Shown here one piece after another: positions 25,784 through 37,306 of a stretch of DNA of 64,000 nt. A program made the position numbers and the translations under genes. Each line of letters starts with the position of its first letter. Within the stretch, counting starts at the first letter, position 1. A model generated the notes under the pieces. It was not told where the DNA came from and did no database searches. It was given only the letters and a program-made list of their open reading frames with translations. This DNA is from Parasitella parasitica NRRL 2501 (taxonomy: Eukaryota; Fungi; Mucoromycota), in contig MU619260.1 of NCBI GenBank assembly GCA_025201805.1, positions 47,879 to 111,878 on the forward strand. Reading direction: 5' to 3'.

Positions 25784-28313
25784 TTACAAGTCAAGAGATG
25801 GTGAGCTCAAAGCACCAGCAGCAAGACATAAATTGCGTTGTGTGAATTGTACAGTATAAACGGGTGTATGTTTGGTATGAAGCACGGTTAGGTGGTCATT
25901 GCTATTAAGAAAGATTAAAACAGTGCCCACGACAATGTGTGTCTGTAAATACCTCTCCAAGGAGCCTTTCTTTCTTTTGCTCATATCGGTGGTCGATTTC
26001 GCTTTATCCATTTCCTTTTTGTCACTTTGCTGCTTTCCATTTGCTTTATCATATTTACTTTTTTTCAGATCGGGAATCTCGTTTGCATGCTCGTACGGTG
26101 TGCCCATTTTAACGTCCCATGCGCGCACTGTACCATCTGCGCCCCCCGACACTAGCACAGTGCTCTCTGAATTAAAACTGACAGTGTAAATGAAACCTGT
26201 ATGACCTGTCATGGTCTTCAATCTCTTTCCGCTTCCTAAATCCCACAGCATAATACTCTGATCCTCTCCTCCAGACGCCATTAATCGGCCATTGGGCGAT
26301 ATAGCCACTGCATGCACAGAGCCAGTATGTCCAGTAAACACACGTACGCAAGTACCTCTTTGCACATCCCATAATCTTGCTGTATTATCGCTTGATCCAG
26401 TAACTATGTATTTGGAATTAGGATGGAAGCGGACGGTCTAAAGAAAAAAAAAGAGAGGCGCGGGAAGGGGCTTTAGTATTGCATATTGAATTCTCGCAAA
26501 AACCGCATATATTTACATTTACATCTGACAGATGACCAGCAAATATGCGAAGAGGGTTGACATGATCACAGCTCCATAATCTAGCGGTTTTGTCAAGCGA
26601 TGCTGTAGCGAAATAGAAACCATGAGGGCCAAACTCGACATCCCAAATTGGATAATTATGGCTTTTGTAACACACTAAATTTGTAAATGACTCCAGGCTC
26701 CATAGGCGAACTTACTACAAGTTAGCATATCAATGGTTTTGAGGCTGGACACAATTCCTACCAGTTTGGTCTTCAGAGCAAGAGATGAGGTACTGATTGT
26801 CATGGCTAAAGCTTAAGCCGTACACAGGGCCCGCATGGCCAATGAGTTTTTTGCAGATTGTGCCTGGCTGATGCTGGTCTTTCTCTGATTTACTGAGCAG
26901 CTTTTTGCCTTGTAAGCTCCATACTTTGATGTATGATTCTGAAAATCCACCTGCCACCAGTGTCGTGTCCTCTGAAATAGAAATACAGTTTAACCTGGTT
27001 TCAGTATCAGTATCAGTACGCTGTAAGGTGCTACACCTGCAAAACCTACATGTCGTGTGTGTTGTGGAAGGTATAAATACAAACACTCGGTAGCGCAGCG
27101 CTCCCCATGGAGACACGCTTCCTCAAATCACTCAGCGAGTCTAGTTCAGCCTGGATGTCCGTGCTGCGACTAACACAAACAAGGGTTTAGGGGTATTTAC
27201 GTCGATTTGTGTACAAGGCAGATCTTACTATGGCACTGCTGCGATATCGTCTAGTTGCATCAACTCCAAAGTCGCTTCTTCTTTCACCTTGTTTAAATCT
27301 ATGGCATCCTCATCGGAATTCTATCCTCCAAAAAACCATGAATAAAAAGATTCCCCTCTTTTGCTTGAATGCTTTGATTTACCTGACCTCTGCTTAAGGC
27401 GACACTTGTGGCTTGATGAAAGGCATCGAGCTGATTATTAGCATGTCCAGCAATACCCTCTTCCACTGCTACGGCTGATCCACTCGCAGATGCCAGCGAC
27501 AGTTTGCTAGTGACAATATGTATATTGAGATACTGGTTCACAATTCGTATCAGGTTCATAAACCTATTGTCTTGAATGTACTGAAAAAATAGCTCGAACG
27601 GGATGGAAGGGATGCGAATGTTGTACTTGTTGTTTAGGTATAGCTTTGCGATTACATTGTCTCCAACATCGTTGGGCGATCTGATCTCTTGCAGTGTCTC
27701 CAAATCTTTGTGGTGGTTCTCGGCATGATCGTCCTTGTACTTTTTGAAGAAATCTAGCGCTATTTCTTCATGTAATGAGCAACAGATAAGCTATCCAAAT
27801 GTAGAAATACTACCATGGTCGACCAGTCTTTTGGACATCATGTGGAGAAATATGTGAACAAACGCAGGATATAATACGATGCATAGATCGGTCTACATGT
27901 GTGCAGTGGATTAATATGTCTACTCTGAATTTTGATATCCCTTCTGTCTGTACCTTGTACAAATCGAGTGCGCTGTGAATCCATTCTCGTAGGCTTTGAT
28001 ACTCTAGGAAAGGCGCATCCAAATCTCCTGCTCCGCTGTGCGGGTCATCTCTGAGCATCTTGATGTAGTCGGGCAGTGTTTCGCTTGATGCAGACCCTGT
28101 TTCTGCGTTGAATTTCTTTGCTAATTGTTCGAGGGAAAGCACATTATGCTCAGAAGCGACGCTCTGCTGCTGTATAAACGCGAGCTCTGCTTGGTTGAAG
28201 CCCTTCTTTTGGAAATACGTTTGCAGCATCTGATTTACGTTGGCATTGGATGGCATGTTGAGTCTGTTTGGGCTGCCAATGGGCGTATCTCCTTGCTGCG
28301 AAGGCACTGACAT
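25784..28313 (-). CDS. TAF5: TFIID/SAGA subunit TAF5 (WD40), multi-exon
   Basis: LisH-like YFQKKGF, TFIID_NTD2 (LREWIHSALDLYK..LYPAFVH), WD repeats LIGHAGPVYGLSFS, PLRIFAGHLSDV, CVRVFTGHTG, TKHTPVYTVQFTQRNLCLAAG. Confidence 0.93.
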
Positions 28314-28487
28314 GGTTTGATAGTGGTCGTAGGAGGGAAAACCTTGAAGGCAACCATAAGGACGAGTAACAACATAGTCATACACACCATCCGGGCATGG
28401 AGACGTCACTGGTGTTCTTTTGCCTGATTCAACTAAATGAAAAAAAAAGTTTTTTTTTTTTTTCGTCTTTTTGCAATTACACACGAA

Positions 28488-29390
28488 ATGACAGAAGATC
28501 TATCTTTTATTCGAGACTCATTGACAAGAATGCTAGAAAACGACAACCAAAACGACGAGCTTATTAAAGTGATGCAGAAATTTGATAGCATGAATGCTAT
28601 CCGCCAAGCTGCCATTCGCTATGCAAGAAGACACAAATTTGCCGTATCAACCCTTAGAAGTGGAGAAAGACAGCTGGTTATGGTCTGCAAGCATTCCGGC
28701 GCATATCGTGCTACAAAAACCAAAACAGAAGGCTCTAGCGACAAAAAACCAAGCGCCTCTGAGCAAGGTTTCAATGATCTGCAGCAAGCCTCCCCCGCCC
28801 AAGAATCAAGCGTATCTGATCAGTCGGCACCCGCAAAGAAAGGCACACGCAAGAAGCTGAGCCAAAAGATCCACTGTCCATTTGAAATCAAAGCAAAGCC
28901 CCTCGAATCAAAATGGGTCATCTTCAAGGTCAACTATGAACACAACCATGAGATGGCCGCCGACATCAAAGCCTACGCTCAACATCGAAAACTCTCCCCA
29001 GAGACAAAACAATTTATCATTGACCTAATGAACTCTGGCTCTACAAACACTACCATTCTCGAATGTCTCCAGCTAAAAGGTATCGATAATGTGCTCAAGA
29101 AAGACATTGCAAACATCCGGCAAGCGCATTTCAACAGCAAATCTAAAAAGGGTAAACAGGCTCAAAAACCGCAGAAGTTTTTGCATGTTACAGTGGGTGA
29201 GAACCAGTCGTTGTCCAGCCTCCAAGCGCCACTAAACCATTCTCAAGACGACTCAAAATCATCGCCAGACTGTTCTCATGCATCCTTCAAGCCAGAGACT
29301 ATTGAGCCGATGCCTTCTGGCTCTAATCAATCGACGGAGGGCGAACAACTATATCAATTTATTTCTCAAAACAACGTGCAGGTCAATTAA
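28488..29390 (+). CDS. FAR1/AFT-like (Mutator-derived WRKY-GCM1 fold) DNA-binding protein without transposase catalytic domain
   Basis: Intronless ORF with FAVSTLRS..LVMVCKHSGAY...SQKIHCPFEIKAK..WVIFKVNYEHNHEM (C...C...HxH) followed by a short helical segment; no MULE DDE domain. Confidence 0.7.
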   Translation: MTEDLSFIRDSLTRMLENDNQNDELIKVMQKFDSMNAIRQAAIRYARRHKFAVSTLRSGERQLVMVCKHSGAYRATKTKTEGSSDKKPSASEQGFNDLQQASPAQESSVSDQSAPAKKGTRKKLSQKIHCPFEIKAKPLESKWVIFKVNYEHNHEMAADIKAYAQHRKLSPETKQFIIDLMNSGSTNTTILECLQLKGIDNVLKKDIANIRQAHFNSKSKKGKQAQKPQKFLHVTVGENQSLSSLQAPLNHSQDDSKSSPDCSHASFKPETIEPMPSGSNQSTEGEQLYQFISQNNVQVN

Positions 29391-29814
29391 AGAATCACAT
29401 ATATATTATATATTATATATAAAAATAAATGTATATACACAAAATGAATGAGGAGATGGCAAATCAGATTTGAATTTCAACATAGAAGATGGACAAAAAC
29501 TTGGTAGCAGGACACCCAATGACGAACAGGACAAATAAAATATGCTATATTTTTCAGAGGGCTCGTTTCCAGTTTTGATTAATTGCTGCTTGTGCTTGGT
29601 AGATTTTGGTTTTTAGGCCAGACAACAAAAAAGTAACTTTTTGGCAGGTCGACACCTTTTTTGAGTTGTATTTATATACATTCAAAATCAAAGAAAAGAA
29701 CAATACACGTAAAATTCTTTAGATTAAAAGGGGGGATGGGGCACGCACATTAACAAGTAAAACATGAGTTATTACTGAGAAGCTTGTACGCTCTGAGAAT
29801 CAGTAAACGACAAA

Positions 29815-30801
29815 GGACCTACACCGACAAACATTTCCACAAACTCTGAACCAGAGACGCTGTAAAAGGGGGACACCAGCTTCGCCCGCGGTATCCTTGG
29901 CCAGCAGGAGGGTTTTGCCAGTGCCAGGAGGTCCAGATAATATAGCGCCTTTAGGGAATAGTAGCGCCCAGTTTTTTCAAGAAATTAACAAACTCCATGA
30001 TCTCGGCTTTGGCTTCGTCGGCACCCGCGACATTTTTGAATTTGACTTGGACTTGGTTCTCTTGATTGAATATCTCTGCTTTGCTTTTGCCAATGTCAAA
30101 GATTCCGCCTTGAGCGCCACCATGGCCCTTCTTTGTGATGTAACAAATGACGCCAATGATCAAGAGTGTGGGTGCAAAATGGAGCAAGGTTTCAACAATA
30201 CTCACTTGATCACGGCAGGATAAAGGGACTCTTTCAAAGGACGGGATGTTTAGCTCTTTCTGCGCTTGATCGAGGTTGCGCTCAAATGCTTCTACCGACC
30301 CAATTGAAAAATAAAAGGAAGAATTGTGCGAAACACCCAAGGAATTGGCTTCATTGCGCAAATATACCCGCACTTTGTTTACGGTTGAGCACTTCCAGAC
30401 GCTCCACTAGACCCTTGTCTAGTAAATTGCAACGAAACGATTGCCAGGTAAGCTCTCGAGAGTCATCTGAGGGTGCTGTGGACTTGTACAGGATATATGT
30501 TCCAGCCAAAAGTACCTAGAATGACGTTGGCATCTGGCATTTCGGGTGGTTTTTGCTCGCTGCTGGGGTTTGGCTTGGGGTTCTGGTTAGGTGATGGAGG
30601 CGATTTTTGGCTGTCTTTGGGCTTGCCTTTAGCTTTACCGAAGAGGCCCTCGAACCCTTTAGGTGTGTTCTGGTCAGGCTTCGTATTCTCCGTAGCGTAG
30701 AGACGCATCTGCTGGTGATTTCTCAGACGTATTGTTGTTGTTGTTGCACTAGCACGCACAGCATATTCAAAAGCCGTTTTCTTTTCGTTTTGTTGGAACA
30801 A
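29815..30801 (-). pseudogene. Truncated, frameshifted m-AAA protease (AFG3/YTA12/FtsH) pseudogene
   Basis: [53 protein letters not shown], then frameshift to [37 protein letters not shown]; homology then stops, with no Walker B or protease domain. Confidence 0.85.
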
Positions 30802-31501
30802 GACGTGCTAGCATTTCTGTAGAATACATATATATATATAAAAAAAGAAAGACAATATATGGTGTATAAAATGCTACAGCTCCAGATGTCATTAAACGAA
30901 ATTATGCTAGTTCATTTGGGGGTCCCTCAATGAATGGCCCTTGTTATACTCTTGTTTGACGGCTTACGGCGCTGACACACGGAATAGCTGCTCGCACACA
31001 AGAAGCTGGAAAGCGTTACCATGCCTTTCAAATTAACATAAGTAGTCGATGATGTTCTTGTTTCGCATAGGTCTCCGCCTGCACTAATCCTGCCAGTTAG
31101 AGGCCATAACTGTAAAGCGAATGCAAATGTAAAAGCTTGATAACGTATATATTTTATGTCGTTCTCGAGACTGACAGAGTTAAAACGTTGTTGTTTTGAA
31201 ATCGTTTTTTATCATCATTTTGTGTCTGTAGGTTGAGGGATGTGGTAGGTAAGCATAATACGGCAATGCCTTATGGGAAACCAACCTTAAAATACTAAGA
31301 ATAGACTACGCTACGCTGCTACCCACCACGGCTATTGAACTTGCCAGATGTGATCAAGTTCAAATGCAAAAGCTAGCTCCCCGAAATTTGAAACTTCAAA
31401 TGTTTTGATATTTATAATCAAGGAAATCAGTTTATTATGTATAGATGGTAATGGATAGTACAAAAAAGATATGATTATGAAATAATTAAATCTCTAGGAA
31501 T

Positions 31502-33434
31502 TTAGTGCATGAAGAGCATACCAGAGCCTTCATAGACAGCAGCAATCTTTTGGATGGCGTTGATGTAAGCAGCAGATCTGAAATCAACCTTCTTGAGCTC
31601 AGCAGTTTGTCTGGTTTCTTGACAAGCTTGGATCATGGTGTCTTCAAGACCAGAGTAGACTAAATCAGCCTCCTCAGCACCGTGAACAATAGCCTTGCGC
31701 TCGGCCTCAGTCAAGGCACGACCGGCATTTTCCTCGACAAGAGCAACGACCTTGGAACGAGCACGTTCATCCCACTTCTTGTTCATACGACCGAATCTAA
31801 CGTGAGACAAGTTCTTGAGCCATTCAAAGTATGAGACGGTGACACCACCAGCGTTGAGAAGCAAGTCGGGAACAACGACCTTGCCGGAGGCTTCAAGGAT
31901 ATCGTGGGCAGAAGGAGTGACAGGGCCGTTGGCACCTTCACCGATGACCTTGGCCTTGATGTTGGCAACATTGCGCAAGCCAATTTGACGTTCGAGGGCT
32001 GCAGGGATGAGAATGTCACATTCAGCTTCCAAAATCTTGGTGGATTCTTCAAAGATTTGAGCAGTGTTGGAGTAGCCCTTGAAGGTGTTGTTGGCCTTGT
32101 AGTACTTGTGGAGCTCTTCAACGTTCAAACCGTTGGGGTCGTAGATGGCACAGTCTCTCTCACCAATACCGACAATCTTGGCGCCGTTCTCTTCAAAGAA
32201 CTTGGCGGCAAAGTAACCGACATTACCGAAACCTTGGACGACAACAGTGTTGTCAGCCATGTTACCGCTGACACCGGTCTTCTTTTGGACTTCGGGGTAG
32301 CTGAGGAACTCGCGAATACCATAGTAGACACCCAAACCAGTAGCTTCGTTACGGCCACGAACACCACCTAAGGACAAGGGCTTACCTGTAACGCAGCCAG
32401 CAGAGTTGACATCACCAACATTGAATTGAGAGTAGGTGTCCATGATCCAGGCCATTTCTCTGGGGCCAGTTCCAACATCGGGAGCAGGGACATCAACACC
32501 TGTATTGGGAAGGGGTGGGGTGGGGGTGGGGGTGTGGTTAATACAAAAGATTTTGCGTATATGTTCAAAAAGACCTAAACATTACCAGGACCAATAAACT
32601 TCTTTTGGCATAATTCCATAGTGTAACGACGAGTGATTCTTTCCAATTGCTCGACAGAGTACTTTTTAGGGTCGATCTTGATACCGCCCTTGGCACCACC
32701 GACTGCAGATGTTGTTTAGAATTGCAATATTGCCATGAATTGTCAATTTATACTTACAGGGAACATCAACAACGGCACACTTGTAGGTCATAAGAGAGGC
32801 CAAAGCTGCAAGACACGAGTGATTTAGTCCCAACCGACAATGTAGCAGCAGACGCGTGCTCCTTACCTTCAACTTCTTGTAAGTCAACTTCCTCGGAGAA
32901 ACGAATACCACCCTTGACAGGCAAACGATGGCGAGAGTGTTGAGCACGGTAACCTTTTTTCGACAAGCTATTGTCAATACAAACATTCACATTACACGGA
33001 ATTTATCTGCATTTTTCAAGTACCTTCAATTACTTCATATTTGCCATTCTCGACTTCAATGGGGAAAGTGACACGGAGGACACTGTCAACGGCACGAAGA
33101 TGGGCCAGAGTGTGAGGCTTAACTTCGCTGAGGCTAGCAGCATGGTCATAGTACTTTTCGACGGATTGCAAGAAAGAAGGCTCGTCATTTTTGCAGGCAG
33201 CTTGAGTGGCGGCTATCATAGGTGCGTAAGGATTTAATGTGAGGCATTGAATAGTCAAATGGACTTACCAGTGGTCAATGATCTGGCAACTGAAGGGAGA
33301 ACAACACGGTTAAGAGCTTGGGGGGCGACCAAGGGACGGGCAGTAGCACTATACATGTTGCAACAGCAAATTAGCCATTGAACGACATGTCGACATATGG
33401 CGACTTACGGTAAGCGTTTCAAGAGGAAAGCCAT
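31502..33434 (-). CDS. Glutamate dehydrogenase, hexameric animal/GLUD1-like, mitochondrial, multi-exon
   Basis: [99 protein letters not shown]; N-terminal presequence. Confidence 0.95.
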
Positions 33435-36400
33435 GTTGAAAAATTTGGATTAATTGGTTTTGGATAAAGAAGAAAGGGGAAAGGAAGAGGATTCCAGATA
33501 TTTATATGAAAATCACCAGCGGATAAAACGGAGTACGTTGGTCTTGACACAAATAAAGCTTCTTTTTTTTTTCTGTACCTCTGCTAAAGCGTGTCTTCAA
33601 TCGGTTCCCTAGCTTTTCTCCACATTTAGAAGTTTTCAATATCTATCTTGTCCTGCTTCTCAAAGTCTATAGATGGAAGAATACGGAAATCGCCTGGTTA
33701 TGGTCAGAAAGACCAAGTCTCTTCTTTTACCAAAAATGGCTTCTTGTTTGTAATAGGCCGTGGGAAACGTCTCTTTAACACAATTTATACTCTCACACGA
33801 TTCCAACTGCTTGAGCAGACAGAAAACGGTAGTAGATCATCGTTTTTCATGAGGCAAAGAGCAGCTGAGGAACAGGATAAAACTATTAAATGTCATGTGT
33901 TATCTATCTGCCACTCCGAACTGTGTACATCTTATTTGTTGCCTTTAAAGGACGGGTATCTTTTTTGCAACAAGAAGGGTATTTGTTGCAAGTAGTACAC
34001 CTAGCGTTTGGCTTTATCAGATTAAAGACTTGAATTCCAATTCAAATACCTCAAAATACACACTAGTATGAATATATAGCAAAAAATATAAATGTACAGG
34101 TGTATACATGGCACTGCTTCCCAAGCAGAAGATGGAAAGGGTAATATACTCGGATTACATTAAATTTTAAGAGTTGCCTTATTTTGGAGTATAGCAATGG
34201 GACCCTTTTTCTGATATACCCCTCAGATGTGCCTTTGTACCTGACTTGATAAAGATTGTAGATTCAATCATCCAATAGGCATTGTTTATACAATGTAGAA
34301 AACAAAAGGCACAGACTCTTCGGTTGATTTCGTATCCTTTATTTTCAATTACCATCATGAAACGGAACTTTTTGGTGGATATAACGAAACAGCCCAATCC
34401 GATACACTTTTTTAATACTGTACTTTAGTTTTACAGTTCAAATTTGAATAACTCTTATAGTTTTAGTTTGAGAACTTTACATTGCTTTTGTAATTATACT
34501 TGAAACCCGGCTGGTATTCTAAAATCCATTTATACCCTTTTTTTTTTTTTTACAATCTAATAAGCGAAGGATGGCTTTTACGCTGGTATATTTCTTTTGA
34601 AGGCTGTAACCTGCCTCATTGGTGTTTACGTGCTCAACTTTGTCCTCTTGAAATAGTTGCACAAAGTTATGTATAAAACTTTAAATTATCGAAAACAAGA
34701 TATTGTGTCAATTATAAGCAAGAATAGACAATGATAAGATAAACTTGGTAGTGTATTAGGAAGATCCGCGTTTTTGACGTTATAGACTTGTGGCAATGGT
34801 TGACTACATTTGTACATCTCCTTTCAGAATCGGATACTTATCAATCCAGAAATATATAAAACAAATAAAGACACAAGATGGGATTTACTAAAACCATGGT
34901 TTACATATTCACTAATCGCGAAAAAGCTCAGATTATTACCGTATCGCTCATCATATTTTAAAAGTGTAATTAAGTCCCACATTTCAATTTAAATTACTGT
35001 ATATATGCTAGCTGAGCAGGTATCTAATAACTAATGAAACTCGAGCAAATGAAATCACAATTAAATGTCCAGAAATTTTCTTTTTGCATTGGTTCGCATT
35101 ACCGTATAAAAGAATATGACATCTAAATATTCTGACCTACCTTGTCATAGATACCTGATGTGAGTTGTATTTGAATATTATAACATATACTGAAGTGGAA
35201 TACAAATCATTACATACCGCTGTTTGTATTCTGCACAAAGCTCTCCTCAGAATTAAGAATCAAGCATTGCTATCAAATTTAATTTTATATAAATACGTCC
35301 AAAAAGTAATTTTGGCCCTGGTTCCAAGGTTTAGTGTACCAAATGCTGTTTATTAAAAACACATCATGGAAGGAGAAGAGAAAATACTAGCTAACATTAA
35401 TGATAAAGACAAACTAATGTACTGCCTGCCGGTGAGAAGTCATTCTTGGGAAACAAGTTCAATCCTAAATACGGCAAAAAAGTTATCCTTGCGCGTTTTG
35501 CTTGCTTTTACAGCCAACAAGATTAACTTTGAGATGTTGCAATATAACTTATCCAATTCACACTACACCTGTATATCAGCATGGATTCCCTTTTTATGCT
35601 TCTTAACTTTCCAATGATGGCATTTGTAGGTGTGTAACTTGCCAAACCACTGCACGCTCCGAATTTGAAAATTGCCTTTGCACCTCGTATTATATGAATT
35701 TTAAACTGTAGAAACTTGCTTAAACTGGGGAGCCAAAGTACATTCTCACTGAGTCTAAGATACCCCAGATCAATATGCGCAAGTTCAGAAAACTTTTTGC
35801 TATTACTAATAATGCCGAGATAGTCCTTGAAACGTTTTGTGTTTGCTAAGTGGTTTTGTACATCCTCTCAAAAATGAGTTACACTACTGCTTTTCGTATA
35901 ATACAGCCTTGTAGATCAAAGCAGCATGTCCTTTATACATACTTCATATATTCAAAGAATAACCAAATCAAAAGATGCTTTCATTTTAGACCAAGTTGTC
36001 CTTTTTGGAACAACAATAATGGCTTTTTTCAAGAAAAAAACAAGGTTTAATGTAAGTGTAGTTGAGTCATGCACAACATTACAAGCATTAGATGAGCCTT
36101 CCATTGTCAAGAACTCCAACTTCTGGTCCAACGATGTACTTCTTTTCATTAAAGACGTTTAGCTTTAAATCTTGGTTGCTTAATTGCATTTAAAGTGAAG
36201 CAGTCGATGGTCTACAAAGCACCCACCTTGAAAGCATTTAATACTAACAATACCGTTGATTCTAACCCTGGTGATGCCGACGACTCTAGCCCTGAAGATG
36301 CAGAGGTACCGCAAAAGAATAGAAAAATTACCAAGCCTTCCCAACATCTTTAGCACTAATCTCCCGCAAACAACGTTACTAGATACTATCAAAAGAACAC

Positions 36401-36984
36401 TTGAACAAGCATCCGGTTATGAATCAACGTACAGCAAGTAAGTTGTAATTTTTTTTTATGTGGAATATCAATTTGACAACAATTAGTGGCGAGATGCAAC
36501 TAGTGCCTACAGACGGTCGAAATGCACTAGATGTCCCACTAAACCCTTAAACATATAATGTATGCGTACAAACAAGCTCTAACAAGAGTATGGTTCTCTG
36601 CTCCATCTGTCTTGTAAGGGCTTACACACTTGACATACTCTGTCCTCAAGGCACATGCCCTTGGACTATTGCGAATTGCCAATTCCATTAAGCGATACTA
36701 CAGATTTAGCCACGCATTGGTTTCCCCAGATGATTTTATCTGACAAAAATCTTGGTAACAAACTTTTGATAGATTGGACACCTCATTGGCTCCTGTCGAG
36801 GACAAACAAAGCAAGAGGAATAAGGGACCCTTGGAGTTAGACTTATAACGATGACAGAAGGTTTGCCGGGAGCTAGCATTCATCATTTAACTATATGCAA
36901 TGAGTTGGCGCAAATATTTACACGAAGCGGAGAAGGTTAGAGCTTTCAAAAAAAAAAAAAAAAAAAGTACAATATACCAAAAGC

Positions 36985-37150
36985 ACCATCTCTAAAGGTG
37001 GGGTGGTGGTTACTGGAAATAGTATTCCGTTGACCGAACGGATGGTTACCCCCCCCCCGACCCCCGAGAGTGCACAAATGCACTGATGAAGCCTTTTAAT
37101 TCTGTGGGGGTTGTTAGGCCCAGAACAGGCTGAGAGTTTCGAGCATTGAA
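36985..37150 (+). ncRNA. Structured repeat end containing a degenerate type-I hammerhead-ribozyme-like motif
   Basis: CTGATGA (37083-37089), stem II AGCCT/AGGCT with inner TTCTG/CAGAA, then GAGA (vs GAAA) GTTTC, and stem I AATGC/GCATT; follows a poly(A) tract and a TCCGTT/AACGGA hairpin. Confidence 0.4.
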
Positions 37151-37306
37151 ATGTAAAAAAAGACAACGAGATTGAACGACCAGTATCAAAATACAATACA
37201 TTCCCTTTTATGAACCTCTAAATGTTCAAAAAAATTATTCTGCCTCGTCTAAACCAATCCTTCGCATGCAGATAATGTCAAATGACAAACAAAGTATTAT
37301 AAATTA

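Noticed and set aside
35100-36900. Short ORFs between GDH and the Fanzor element as real genes
   Set aside because: Fragmentary, with no assignable domain; at most decayed mobile-element debris
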